In this document: positions 48,959 through 58,725 of the stretch, piece after piece
Layout of the letters: every line of letters starts with the position of its first letter
How positions within the stretch are numbered: the first letter of the stretch is position 1
From: an uncultured Pseudomonadota bacterium
GTDB taxonomy: Bacteria > Pseudomonadota > Alphaproteobacteria > UBA9219
Direction of reading: 5' to 3'
Assembly (NCBI GenBank): GCA_903869345.1
Contig: CAIPYM010000041.1
Span: 904-64,903 of the forward strand
DNA length: 64,000 nucleotides
The notes under the pieces: model-generated
Seen by the model: only the letters and a program-made list of their open reading frames with translations
The model's database searches: none
What the model was told of the DNA's origin: nothing
Position numbers and translations under genes: made by a program

Positions 48959-51199
48959 TCAACGTCCCTTGGCGCGTTCCACGGAATTCACCGCGACGCT
49001 TGCCCGCAGGCCCGCCATGATGTGGGACAAGTGCTCCAGGTCGCGCACTTCGATGTCCACGATCAGGTCGAAAAACTCGGGCGCACGGTTCGTGATTTTG
49101 AGGTTCGTGATGTGACCGCCCTCGCGTCCAATGAGGGTCGTCAGCGCCCCGAGGCTGTGCGCGTGGTTGGTGAGAACAACCGAGAGTCGTCCGACCATGG
49201 ACGCTTCCTTGCCGTATTCCCGGCCCCAGCCGACATCCACCCACCGCTCGGGTGAGGCCCTGAACGTCTCCAGCGTTTCGCAGTCTTGGGTGTGGATCGT
49301 GACCCCTCGGCCTGTGGCCACGATGCCCACGATGGGATCACCCGGCAGCGGATGGCAGCACCGCGCGAAGTGCACGGCCATGCCAGGAATCAGCCCCCGG
49401 AGGAGGAGCGGCGAGCTCGTGCGATCAGCTGAAGCAGCAGGCGCAGTTTTGGCCGTCTTGGTGGCCTGTTTGCTCGCGGCGGCTTTTTCGGCGGCGCGTT
49501 TGTGCCCAGGGAAAGCGACGTTGAACGCTTCTCGGGCCGAGTGAAGCCCCGACCCGATCAACGCAAGAAGGTCCTCAAACGTGGAGGCCTGAAGCTTTTT
49601 GGCGACCGTTTCAAAAGGCTTTTCGACCAGTTCCGTCCCTTCCTGGCGACAGACTTTTTCAAGCAACGCTTTGCCGAGGGTGACGTATTCATTTCTCTGA
49701 CGTGCGCGGATGAATTTGCGGATGGAGGCTCGCGCCTTGCCCGTGACGACGAATCTTTCCCACGCGGGAGAGGGATGCCCCCCTTTCTGGGTGATGACCT
49801 CGACCTGATCACCGTTTTGCAGCACCGTGCGCAAAGGGACCATGCGCCCGTTGACCTTGGCCCCGACGCAGGTATCGCCCAGGGAACTGTGGACAGCGTA
49901 AGCGAAATCCACGGGCGAGGCCCCACGCGGCAGAGCCGTCAAATCCCCTTTCGGTGAAAAACAAAAAACCTGATCCTGAAAAAGCTCAAGCCGTGTGTGC
50001 TCCAGCAGTTCATCGGGCTTGAGCGCGTGCTCCACAATGTCCAAGAGCTCCCGCAACCAACGGTATTCCGTTTGGCCCTGGTCGGGTGCGCCCCCGTGTT
50101 TGTAGGTCCAATGGGCGGCCACGCCCCACTGATTCACGTCGTGCATCTGGTGGGTGCGGATCTGCACTTCGATGCGGTGATGGTGGGGACCCATGAGGCC
50201 CGTGTGCAGGCTTTGGTAGTGGTTGGGCTTGGGCGTTGAAATGTAATCCTTGAATCGTCCTGGGATGACGGGGTAGTGGCTGTGCAGGGTGCCGAGCGCC
50301 TGGTAACACGCGCCCGTCGTGTCCACGAGCACCCGAAACGCCATGATGTCGGCCAATTGTTCAAAGGCGACGTTTTTGTGCTGCATTTTTCGCCAAATGG
50401 AATAGGGCGATTTTTCGCGGCCCGTGACTTCGGCCTTGAGACCGTCTTTCTCCAGCACTTCGGCTAATTCAGCCCGAATCGTGTCCACCAGCGCTCCCCC
50501 CGACGAGCGCAGATACCCGAGGCGCGTCAGGACGCTGGCACGCGCGTCGGGGTTCAGCTCCGCGAACGCGAGATCCTGCAAATCATCCTGGATTTGCTTG
50601 AGCCCGATGCGCTCGGCCAGGGGCACGTAAATGTCCATGGTTTCCCGTGCGATGCGCCGCCGCCGCTCCGGGTCAGCGAGGCCCCGCAGGGTGCTCATGT
50701 TGTGCAGGCGGTCCGCGAGCTTGACCAGGAGAACCCGAATATCCTCGGACATCGCCAGGATCAATTTACGAAAGTTTTCGGCTTGCTTGGCTTGCTGGTC
50801 GTTTTGGAATTCAAGCCGCGAGAGCTTGGTGACGCCATCCACGAGCCGCGCCACATCGTCACCGAACAGTTTGCGGGTTTCCTCCATGGAAACGCCCGCG
50901 TCCTCAATGGTGTCGTGCAAAAGCGCCGTGGCGATGGAGGTGCTATCGAGCCCCATGTCGGCCAGAATCGCGGCCACCGCAATGGGGTGAGAGACGTAGG
51001 GTTCGCCCGATTCGCGTCGGTGGGGCGCATGGGCTTTGAGGGCAAACTCGTAAGCCCGCCGAACGAGGCTTGCCCCCTCGGGCCCTTCGTGAGTCTGCAG
51101 GCGCCGAAGGATGTCGTCGACGCCGACCACCGTCCCAGGGGACGATGGGGGGCTTGAAGAAGCCAACAGGCTCAAGGGGGCGGAGGAGGGAGGTGACAA
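48959..51199 (-). CDS. spoT: bifunctional (p)ppGpp synthetase/hydrolase (RSH: SpoT/Rel)
   Basis: HD hydrolase domain ([15 protein letters not shown]...HDTIED), synthetase, TGS and ACT domains. 746 aa. Confidence 0.9.
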   Translation of the reverse strand: MSPPSSAPLSLLASSSPPSSPGTVVGVDDILRRLQTHEGPEGASLVRRAYEFALKAHAPHRRESGEPYVSHPIAVAAILADMGLDSTSIATALLHDTIEDAGVSMEETRKLFGDDVARLVDGVTKLSRLEFQNDQQAKQAENFRKLILAMSEDIRVLLVKLADRLHNMSTLRGLADPERRRRIARETMDIYVPLAERIGLKQIQDDLQDLAFAELNPDARASVLTRLGYLRSSGGALVDTIRAELAEVLEKDGLKAEVTGREKSPYSIWRKMQHKNVAFEQLADIMAFRVLVDTTGACYQALGTLHSHYPVIPGRFKDYISTPKPNHYQSLHTGLMGPHHHRIEVQIRTHQMHDVNQWGVAAHWTYKHGGAPDQGQTEYRWLRELLDIVEHALKPDELLEHTRLELFQDQVFCFSPKGDLTALPRGASPVDFAYAVHSSLGDTCVGAKVNGRMVPLRTVLQNGDQVEVITQKGGHPSPAWERFVVTGKARASIRKFIRARQRNEYVTLGKALLEKVCRQEGTELVEKPFETVAKKLQASTFEDLLALIGSGLHSAREAFNVAFPGHKRAAEKAAASKQATKTAKTAPAASADRTSSPLLLRGLIPGMAVHFARCCHPLPGDPIVGIVATGRGVTIHTQDCETLETFRASPERWVDVGWGREYGKEASMVGRLSVVLTNHAHSLGALTTLIGREGGHITNLKITNRAPEFFDLIVDIEVRDLEHLSHIMAGLRASVAVNSVERAKGR

Positions 51200-51217
51200 A
51201 GCCCGGCACCCCCGAGG

Positions 51218-51637
51218 TTAATCCTTGGGCTCGCTAGCGTCCTCAAAGCCACCTGCCAGCGCGGAATCGTCGCCCGAGGCTTGGACTTTTTCGCCGTCCT
51301 CATCCAACGAATCATCCTCGGATTCGGTTTCCTCACGCCCTTCGGCGGTGCCCAGCCAGTTGTCCTGATCCAGGGGCTTGAGTTCCGTGATTTCCTCGGG
51401 TTGATCGGGCTCCAGACGCTTTTGAAGACTCCGCACGAGGGACTCGTTCAAGCCCTCCAGACTCAGCGTTTGGTCTGCAATCTCGCGCAGCGCGACGACC
51501 GGGTTTTTGTCGCGGTCGCGCTCCAACGTGGGCTCGGCACCCGAGGCCAAAGCCCGAGCGCGGTGCGCCGCCAGCATCACCAGCTCAAAGCGATTGGGTA
51601 CCTGAAGAACGCAATCCTCAACCGTTACACGCGCCAT
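51218..51637 (-). CDS. rpoZ: DNA-directed RNA polymerase subunit omega
   Basis: [10 protein letters not shown]...[14 protein letters not shown], with an acidic tail. Confidence 0.9.
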   Translation of the reverse strand: MARVTVEDCVLQVPNRFELVMLAAHRARALASGAEPTLERDRDKNPVVALREIADQTLSLEGLNESLVRSLQKRLEPDQPEEITELKPLDQDNWLGTAEGREETESEDDSLDEDGEKVQASGDDSALAGGFEDASEPKD

Positions 51638-51832
51638 GCTTTCCCCCTGATTGGCTTGATGTCATATGGTAGCAACCGAAGGAGACTACCTTTTTTTGCG
51701 CTTTCTTGCCAAGGGTTGTTTTGTTTCGCGTCGGGATTTATTTACCGGGGGCGGTTGAGTTGTCCGAAAAACCGAGGTATGAAGAGCCGATGGACCCTCC
51801 GCCGGAGGATTTTTTTCGGAGTGACAAGGGCA

Positions 51833-52246
51833 ATGAACACGTTACAAGCGTTGGAACAACGCATCCATGAACGCCTCGTTGTGAACATCCCCGCTTTTCA
51901 GCCGGGGGACACGGTGCGCGTCAAGGTGAAGGTTGTCGAAGGCACGCGCGAGCGCCTTCAAGCCTACGAAGGCGTCTGCATCGCGCGGCGGAACGCGGGG
52001 ATCAACTCGTCGTTCACGGTTCGCAAGATTAGCTACGGCGAAGGCGTGGAGCGGGTGTTCCCCCTCTACAGCCCGCGCATTGCGACGATTGAGCGCGTGC
52101 GTACGGGGGCGGTCCGGCGTGCGAAGCTCTATTACCTGCGCGGACGTCGCGGCAAATCGGCGCGTATCGCCGAGCGTCCCTACAGGCCCGACGTTGCTGC
52201 CCCTGCAGCGACGACTCCGTCGGGATCGGACGAGGGGCAGGCGTGA
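51833..52246 (+). CDS. rplS: 50S ribosomal protein L19
   Basis: MNTLQALEQ...[35 protein letters not shown]. Start at ATG 51833. Confidence 0.9.
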   Translation: MNTLQALEQRIHERLVVNIPAFQPGDTVRVKVKVVEGTRERLQAYEGVCIARRNAGINSSFTVRKISYGEGVERVFPLYSPRIATIERVRTGAVRRAKLYYLRGRRGKSARIAERPYRPDVAAPAATTPSGSDEGQA

Positions 52247-53055
52247 TGAGCGGGGGCGGCGCTCGTCCGTCCCCGGCGCCTCTGGCGCCATTGTCCATGT
52301 CGCCTCTGGCGCCATCGTCTGTTTCGCCTCTGGCGTCTTCTTCCGTGTCGTATCGGCGTGTTCTCCTCAAGCTCTCGGGCGAGGCCCTGATGGGGTCGCA
52401 CGAGTACGGGCTTGATCCCCTGACGGTCGTTCGCGTGGCCGAGGAAATCAAAACCGTCGTGGCGATGGGCGTGCAAGTCTGCGCGGTTCTCGGCGGCGGG
52501 AACATTTTCCGGGGCGTCTCGGGCGCGGCCGAGGGCATGGACCGCTCCACCGCCGATTACATGGGCATGCTGGCCACGGTGATGAACGCCTTAGCCATGC
52601 AGAACGCGCTTGAGAAAATTGGCGTGCAGACTCGCGTGCTGTCCGCCATCCCCATGGCTTCGGTGTGCGAGCCCTACATTCGCCGCCGTGCCATGCGCCA
52701 CATGGAAAAAGGCCGCGTCGTGTTGTTCGCGGCCGGGACGGGCAATCCGTTTTTCACGACCGATTCCGCCGCTGCTCTACGAGCCTCCGAAATGCAGTGC
52801 GATGCGCTTTTGAAAGCCACCAAAGTGGACGGCGTCTACGAGGCCGACCCGCGCCGCGTCCCCGACGCCAAACGCTACGACCGCCTGACGTACCTGGATG
52901 TTTTGTCCAAAGACCTTCAGGTCATGGACACCTCGGCCATTTCCCTCGCTCGGCAAAGCCGGATTCCCATCCTCGTCTTCTCGATCCTCGTCCACGACGC
53001 CTTCGCCGAGGTCATGCAGGGTCGGGGACGGTTTACGATTATCTCGGACGATTGA
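52243..53055 (+). CDS. pyrH: UMP kinase, with an N-terminal Ser/Pro/Ala repeat extension
   Basis: [13 protein letters not shown]...GGGNIFRG. The N-terminus has the tandem peptide repeat [15 protein letters not shown]. The start may be a downstream M. Confidence 0.85.
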   Translation: MMSGGGARPSPAPLAPLSMSPLAPSSVSPLASSSVSYRRVLLKLSGEALMGSHEYGLDPLTVVRVAEEIKTVVAMGVQVCAVLGGGNIFRGVSGAAEGMDRSTADYMGMLATVMNALAMQNALEKIGVQTRVLSAIPMASVCEPYIRRRAMRHMEKGRVVLFAAGTGNPFFTTDSAAALRASEMQCDALLKATKVDGVYEADPRRVPDAKRYDRLTYLDVLSKDLQVMDTSAISLARQSRIPILVFSILVHDAFAEVMQGRGRFTIISDD

Positions 53056-53206
53056 GCTCCAGCGTCCTTTCCCCACCGATCTCCTCTGCTGCCCTCGCGA
53101 GCGCAGCGAAGCGATCCAGCTCAGGACCTTTTGGTCGATCTCCACCACCGTCGTCTCGGCGAAGGCCGGGACCTCAAGCCGTCAAGAGAGAGCGTGAATG
53201 ATTCCC

Positions 53207-53247
53207 TCGGGATTCCGGTTTTCGCCGGAATGACGGTTTTTTCTACT
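53207..53247. repeat. REP-A copy (ctcgggattccggttttcgccggaatgacgg)
   Basis: Matches the REP-A consensus. Confidence 0.8.
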
Positions 53248-53445
53248 CCCTCCCCACCGCCGTCACCTCGACGAAAGACGGGGTTCCGAGACGTTGGGGA
53301 GGGCGGTGAAGGCTCTCTGAGACCGCAGCATAGGCCTCGAAAGTATTTTTTCTTTTGAAACGAGATGTAAATGAAGGATGACGTTCCTTCAGCATGCATC
53401 GGTTGCGATTGTCCATGGGCACGTTTCAAGAGGGATGGAAAATGT

Positions 53446-54135
53446 CAAATAGATCGATGGGGGGCAAAGGGCCGATCGGGGGTGGGAGTCTTTAGGCCCC
53501 CTGTTCCACTCGCTCATACAGGTTCCGTCCTTGGCTGAGGAAAGCGTCAGTATTATTTGTCCCCTGGCTTGTTACGTGAGAACGGCCGTCGCTTCCAAGG
53601 ATTTTTTTTTGAGACAACGCTTTGTTACGCTGGCCATCACGCAGTTAAAAGCGCTTTCCCCCGACGAAGCCCTGGATGTTATCGCGGCTATGCGTCGGAA
53701 TCAGACCGTTTGGGGGATGACGGGAGAAGGTAGGGCCCTGCTCAGAAATTGGGCGAACACCTTTGAACAAAAAGATAAAATATCAGATAGACCGATGAGG
53801 GGGGAAAAGGCCGATCCAACGTGGAGGGCTGCAGGTCCCCTGTTCGACCTGCTCGTGCAGGTTCCGCCCTGGGCTGAGATCAGCGTCGATATGACGCGTA
53901 CCTTGGCTTGTTACGTGAGGGTTGCCATCAATTCTCGAGATTGTAAGGTGAGAAACTATTTTGTTACGCTGGCCATCGAGCAGTTACAAGCGCTTTTTCC
54001 CGACGAAGCCTTGAATATTATCGCGGTTATGCGTCGGAATAAGACCGTTTGGGGGGTGACGGGAGAAGATGGGGATCGGCTCAGAAGTCAGGTTGAAATC
54101 TCCGCTCGAGGCTTTGAGGCCGAGGTTGCGTATCT
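53446..54135. repeat. direct tandem duplication of an about 345-bp unit (about 80% identity) forming most of a low-GC gene
   Basis: Unit 1 (about 53446..53790) and unit 2 (about 53791..54135) align along their length, for example ...cttggcttgttacgtgag.. and ..ttttgttacgctggccatc.. in both. Confidence 0.8.
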
Positions 54136-54328
54136 TGGAGCAACTGATTTATGTCAGCAAAAAGAACGTGTAGCCCGATGCATAAGTGCTGCTAACGCGT
54201 TATGTAATGATAGGGCAAGAAGGATACGTTTTGAAGATCTTATGAGTCGAAGGTCTGGTACGTCTCTGGGAGAGGCGGCGAATGCCGCTCGTCAGGCTTT
54301 GAGGGCTAATCCTCGGCCAGATTTTTAG
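53531..54328 (+). CDS. hypothetical protein built from two about 105-aa tandem repeats (LACYVR...FVTLAI.QL.AL.PDEAL..IA.MRRN.TVWG.TGE); likely frameshifted at its 5' end
   Basis: The track ORF starts at TTG 53531. An upstream ATG 53442 with an RBS (MSNRSMGGKGP..) aligns with repeat 2 (ISDRPMRGEKAD..) but sits in another frame, and a stop at 53450 blocks the repeat frame. Confidence 0.45.
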   Translation: MAEESVSIICPLACYVRTAVASKDFFLRQRFVTLAITQLKALSPDEALDVIAAMRRNQTVWGMTGEGRALLRNWANTFEQKDKISDRPMRGEKADPTWRAAGPLFDLLVQVPPWAEISVDMTRTLACYVRVAINSRDCKVRNYFVTLAIEQLQALFPDEALNIIAVMRRNKTVWGVTGEDGDRLRSQVEISARGFEAEVAYLGATDLCQQKERVARCISAANALCNDRARRIRFEDLMSRRSGTSLGEAANAARQALRANPRPDF

Positions 54329-54513
54329 AAGGGGTTTTGCCTGGGATTCCGGCCTAGGCCGGTTGGCCGAAACGCGGGGACAGGTCACCAGCAGTTTGTC
54401 CGTAGCGCTTTCATCCCCCGAGTCGTGCAAATTGGGGCGTCTAGCGTTTTGGGGGGGGCACCTGCTAAGAACGGGGTCCACGGGCAACGTGTTGGCAAAC
54501 AGAGGGGGTTTTC

Positions 54514-55113
54514 ATGGCGAACGAGACGTTTCAAACCGACACATGGGCTCCTGCCGCGACGCCGGGGGCCGCGCCCGTTGTGGGCATCATTATGGGCAGT
54601 CGTTCCGATTGGAGCGTGCTTGAGGCGGCGGCGGAGACTCTGAAGATTTTTGAGGTGCCCTTTGAGACCGCCGTTGTCTCGGCCCATCGTACGCCGGATC
54701 GTTTAACGGCCTATGCGGGGCAGGCTCAGGGCCGAGGGTTGAACGTGATCATTGCCGGAGCAGGAGGCGCTGCGCATCTTCCGGGCATGGTCGCTTCCAT
54801 GACGCTTGTCCCTGTTTTAGGGGTGCCCGTACCGACGAAAGCGATGGACGGGCTGGATAGCTTGCTGTCCATCGTCCAAATGCCAGCGGGTATTCCGGTG
54901 GGGACTTTGGCCGTCGGGGAAGCCGGGGCCCGGAACGCGGCTCTGATGGCGGTCGCGATTCTTGCCCTGAACGACGCGGGCCTTGCCGAAAAATGGCGCG
55001 TCTGGCGCGAACACCTCACCGCCCAGGTTCCTTTCGTTCCTGACGACCACGCGGATGAAGACGGTTGCTCGTGTGGGGCGGGTTGTGGCTGCTGCGGTTC
55101 TGACAAGCGGTAA
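54514..55113 (+). CDS. purE: N5-carboxyaminoimidazole ribonucleotide mutase with a Cys-rich C-terminal tail
   Basis: [12 protein letters not shown]...[13 protein letters not shown]...; the tail is [17 protein letters not shown]. Confidence 0.9.
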   Translation: MANETFQTDTWAPAATPGAAPVVGIIMGSRSDWSVLEAAAETLKIFEVPFETAVVSAHRTPDRLTAYAGQAQGRGLNVIIAGAGGAAHLPGMVASMTLVPVLGVPVPTKAMDGLDSLLSIVQMPAGIPVGTLAVGEAGARNAALMAVAILALNDAGLAEKWRVWREHLTAQVPFVPDDHADEDGCSCGAGCGCCGSDKR

Positions 55114-55149
55114 CAACCAGGAAAGGCGGTCCCTTTCCCTGCTCGTCCC

Positions 55150-57771
55150 CTAGTAAAGCCCGCCAGTCCCGAGGGGCAGGGGGGCAGCGGCGGGAGGTGG
55201 CGGGGCGTCCTTGCCCGAGGACGGCCAAAGCGTGCTCCCCGCGGATTCTTCCGGAACAGGACCAGGGGCAACGAAAACGCCCGGTTCAACCCCAGGAATC
55301 AAGTCTTTCCCTTCGGTCGGGATCGCCAGCGCTCCTGCTGCGCCCTCGGCGGCAGCGCCCGTGACGTTGCCCTCCAAGACGGGGCGATTTTGTCCCTCAA
55401 CGGGCTCGGTGTCGGGGATAAACGATTCCCACAGGGCGTTCGTGTCGGACGGATCGGCCAAGGCCCCTGTTGCGGGGTTGACGCGGACCATGCGCAGGCC
55501 CGGCGGAGCGCGGAACGGCACGACGGGCTTGCCCTTGGTCGCGCCTTGGATGAACGCGGCAAAAATGGGCAGGGCGACGCTGGCCCCGGTCTCGTGGGCC
55601 CCCAGGGGCTTGGGATCGTCGAACCCCACAAAGACTCCGCACACGAGATCCGGCGTGAAGCCGATAAACCAGGTGTCCTTGCTTTGGTTGGTCGTTCCCG
55701 TTTTGCCTGCAAGCGTAAGCCCGAGGCTTTTCAAGCGTGCCGCCGTGCCGCGCTGCGCGACGCCTTCCAGGATGGAGACCATTTGATAAGCCGTGCGTGG
55801 GTCTTGGATTTGTTCGCGGTCGTCTTGGATCTCGGGCGGCAGCGAATCCGGAACCCAGTGTGTTGCCTGACACGTGGGACACGTGCGGCGGTCTTGGCTC
55901 CAGAGGGTTTTGCCCTCGCTGTTTTGAACGCGGTCAATCAGGCTTGGGGTGATCTTGAGCCCGCCGTTCACGATCATGCCGTAAGCGGTTGTCAGACGCA
56001 TGAGCGTGGTCTCGTCCGCGCCCAGGGCAAAGGCGAGAAACTCGGGCATCGCGTCGTCAATGCCGAACTTCTTGGCGTACGAGGCCACAAGCGGCATCCC
56101 GAGGCTGTTGGCAAGGCGTACCGTCATCACGTTACGTGATTTTTCCACGCCGACGCGCAGAGGCGTCGGGCCGTAAAACTCTTGGGAGTAATTTTCGGGC
56201 CGCCACACCGGCATGCCCGGTCCTTGGACGTATTCGAACGGCGCGTCGAGAATGAGGCTGGAGGGCGTGAAGCCCTTATCCAGCGCCGCGAGGTACACGA
56301 ACGGTTTGAAGGCCGAGCCCGGTTGACGCGACGCCTGAGTCGCCCGGTTGAACTGGCTGATCTCGGAGCTGAACCCGCCACTGATGGCCAAGACGCGCCC
56401 CGTGTGCGGATCGAGGGCGACCAGCGCTCCCTCCACGATGGGAATCTGCCGAAGCGCATACGCCGGTTCGTTGGTCGGGGGAGGGGTGGTTTTGGACGGT
56501 TTGGAGGGAGGTGATTCCTCGGCGGTCAGGGGTTCCAGCAGCACGACATCCCCGACCGCAAGAACGTCCGCAGGTTTGTGGACCGCAGGGCCAAACGACC
56601 CGTCCGGTGATTCGCGCCGCGCCCACTGCATTGCGCTGAACGGCAGGCGTCCGCGTTTTCCGTCCACGAAAACAACCTTGGCATCATCTTTGGTGAGATT
56701 TGCAACAAGGGCCAAGGACCACGATCCCGCACCGGGGGGAGGGGGCACGGCTTTTAGGCGTGCTTGCCACCCTTGGAGGGAATCGAGGTGCGCCACGGGG
56801 CCTCGCCAGCCCCGCGTGCGTCGGTCAAACGCGGCAAGTCCGTTGCGAAGAGCCTCGGTTGCTAACGCTTGAAGCGGTGGGGAGAGACTCGTTTTAACCG
56901 TTAGCCCCCCTTCCTTGACGGCTTTGTCCCCAAACCAGTCGACCAATTGACGCCGAACGTCCTCGGTCGCGTAGTCGGCTTCCACGGTTTCCGCCTTGTC
57001 GCGGGCACGAAGAACGAGCGGCTCGTGTTTGGCAATGTCGGCTTCGTCGGGCGTGATGCGTCCGTCGTCCAGCATGCGCCCCACGACCCACGCTCGCCGC
57101 GCCATCGCCGCTTCGTGGTCGCGCACGGGGTGGTAGTTGTTCGGGGCTTTGGGGAGAACGGCCAGGTAAGCCGCCTCCCCCAACGTGAGCTCGTCGAGCG
57201 ATTTGTTAAAATAGTTGAGCGCGGCAGCGGCCACACCGTAGGAGTGAGTTCCCAGGAAAATCTCGTTGAGGTAAATCTCAAGGATTCGTTCCTTGCTCAG
57301 GGACCTTTCGAGATTCAGGGCCAGCAGAATTTCTCGCACTTTGCGGGCCAGGGAAACTTCGTTCCCCACCAGCATGTTCTTCGCAACCTGTTGCGTGATG
57401 GTGGACGCGCCGACGGGCCTTCGGGATTTGCCGAGGTTCTGCAGGTTGGTCAGAACCGCCCGCAGGATTCCTTGCGTGTCCACGCCGTTGTGTTCGTAAA
57501 AATGTTGATCCTCGGCGGAGAGAAACGCACCAATGACGCGCTTGGGAATGGCCCTCAGGGGCACGAAAATACGCTGCTCGGCGGCGATGGTGGCCATCAT
57601 GCGCCCGTCGTCCGCGTAAATGCGGGTGAGCGTCGGGGGCCGGTAGTCCTTGAGGTACGACGAATCGGGCAAGTCCCGTCCGTAATGTTGGATCACCAAC
57701 AGGACGATGACTCCGGCGCCGATCAGTCCCAGAAACAGAAGCGAGAAAAAGCCCGCGATCCAACGCATCAT
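55150..57771 (-). CDS. mrcA: penicillin-binding protein 1A (bifunctional transglycosylase/transpeptidase)
   Basis: 873 aa with an N-terminal TM, GT51 motifs (EDQHFYEH, ITQQVAKN), SAFK/KTGT, and an OB-like insert. Confidence 0.85.
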   Translation of the reverse strand: MMRWIAGFFSLLFLGLIGAGVIVLLVIQHYGRDLPDSSYLKDYRPPTLTRIYADDGRMMATIAAEQRIFVPLRAIPKRVIGAFLSAEDQHFYEHNGVDTQGILRAVLTNLQNLGKSRRPVGASTITQQVAKNMLVGNEVSLARKVREILLALNLERSLSKERILEIYLNEIFLGTHSYGVAAAALNYFNKSLDELTLGEAAYLAVLPKAPNNYHPVRDHEAAMARRAWVVGRMLDDGRITPDEADIAKHEPLVLRARDKAETVEADYATEDVRRQLVDWFGDKAVKEGGLTVKTSLSPPLQALATEALRNGLAAFDRRTRGWRGPVAHLDSLQGWQARLKAVPPPPGAGSWSLALVANLTKDDAKVVFVDGKRGRLPFSAMQWARRESPDGSFGPAVHKPADVLAVGDVVLLEPLTAEESPPSKPSKTTPPPTNEPAYALRQIPIVEGALVALDPHTGRVLAISGGFSSEISQFNRATQASRQPGSAFKPFVYLAALDKGFTPSSLILDAPFEYVQGPGMPVWRPENYSQEFYGPTPLRVGVEKSRNVMTVRLANSLGMPLVASYAKKFGIDDAMPEFLAFALGADETTLMRLTTAYGMIVNGGLKITPSLIDRVQNSEGKTLWSQDRRTCPTCQATHWVPDSLPPEIQDDREQIQDPRTAYQMVSILEGVAQRGTAARLKSLGLTLAGKTGTTNQSKDTWFIGFTPDLVCGVFVGFDDPKPLGAHETGASVALPIFAAFIQGATKGKPVVPFRAPPGLRMVRVNPATGALADPSDTNALWESFIPDTEPVEGQNRPVLEGNVTGAAAEGAAGALAIPTEGKDLIPGVEPGVFVAPGPVPEESAGSTLWPSSGKDAPPPPAAAPLPLGTGGLY

Positions 57772-57801
57772 GCGCGGTCCCCTGGTTGGGTGGCTAAGCC
57801 G

Positions 57802-58725
57802 TTACAGATTCGCGGGCACCGTCACGCCCTGGCACCAGCACATCACAGCTTTTTGCGCGTGCAGACGATTTTCGGCTTCGTCCCAGATGATCGAATGCGG
57901 ACCGTCCATGACCTCGTCCGTGACTTCTTCGCCCCGGTGGGCGGGCAAGCAGTGCATGAAGACCGAGGCGGCCCCCGCCTTGTCCATCAGCGCCGCGTCC
58001 ACCCGGTAGGGACGAAGCAGTTCGCGGCGGCGTTCCACATCCTTGTGGTGCATCGAGGCCCACGCATCGGTCAGAACAATGTCCCCTCCCCGAGCGGCGT
58101 TTACATCGGAAGTCACGGTGACGGAAACCCCCGCCTTGCGAGCAACCTCCAAACGTGCGGGCTGGGGGGCAAGCTCGGGCGGGCAAATGACGGTCAAGCG
58201 CAGGCCCCACGCAACCACGGCGTGCAGCCAGCTGTTGAGGACGTTGTTGTCGCCATCGCCACACCACACGACGTGCCGACCCGCCAGCGTTCCAAGATGT
58301 TCTTCCGCCGCCATGACATCGGCCATCACCTGGCAAGGGTGCGTCTGGTCCGTGAGACCGTTGATCACGGGAACCGAGGCGTAATCGGCCAAGGTGTGAA
58401 GATGACGTTCATCGAACGTCCGCACCATGATCATTTCAACGTAGCGCGGCAAAAGACGTGCGATGTCGGCGACACTCTCGCGTTGCCCAATCTGAATCTC
58501 GGCGTTCGTCAAGTTCAGGGCCTCGCCCCCCAGCTGCCGAATGCCAACCTCAAACGAGACGCGCGTGCGAATCGAGGGCTTTTCAAAAATCATGGCCAGC
58601 GTTTGCCCCTGAAAGGGCTGGAACGCGAGCGGCGCTTTTTTGAGACGACGCGCCGAAGCGATGATGCTCTTCAGGGTCGTGGGGTCGCAGCGGTCAAGGT
58701 CCAAAAAGTCACGGCCTTTTTTCAT
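57802..58725 (-). CDS. argF: ornithine carbamoyltransferase
   Basis: STRTR-like SIRTRVSFE, and HPCQ and HCLP motifs. 307 aa. Confidence 0.9.
   Translation of the reverse strand: MKKGRDFLDLDRCDPTTLKSIIASARRLKKAPLAFQPFQGQTLAMIFEKPSIRTRVSFEVGIRQLGGEALNLTNAEIQIGQRESVADIARLLPRYVEMIMVRTFDERHLHTLADYASVPVINGLTDQTHPCQVMADVMAAEEHLGTLAGRHVVWCGDGDNNVLNSWLHAVVAWGLRLTVICPPELAPQPARLEVARKAGVSVTVTSDVNAARGGDIVLTDAWASMHHKDVERRRELLRPYRVDAALMDKAGAASVFMHCLPAHRGEEVTDEVMDGPHSIIWDEAENRLHAQKAVMCWCQGVTVPANL

Noticed and set aside
54329-54513. Possible ZTP or purine riboswitch in the purE leader.
   Set aside because: No match to the conserved ZTP (GGGUCGUGACUGGCG...CCGGGCGGA) or purine (UAUA..U...CUAC junction) cores by eye. 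Only generic GC-rich hairpins are present.
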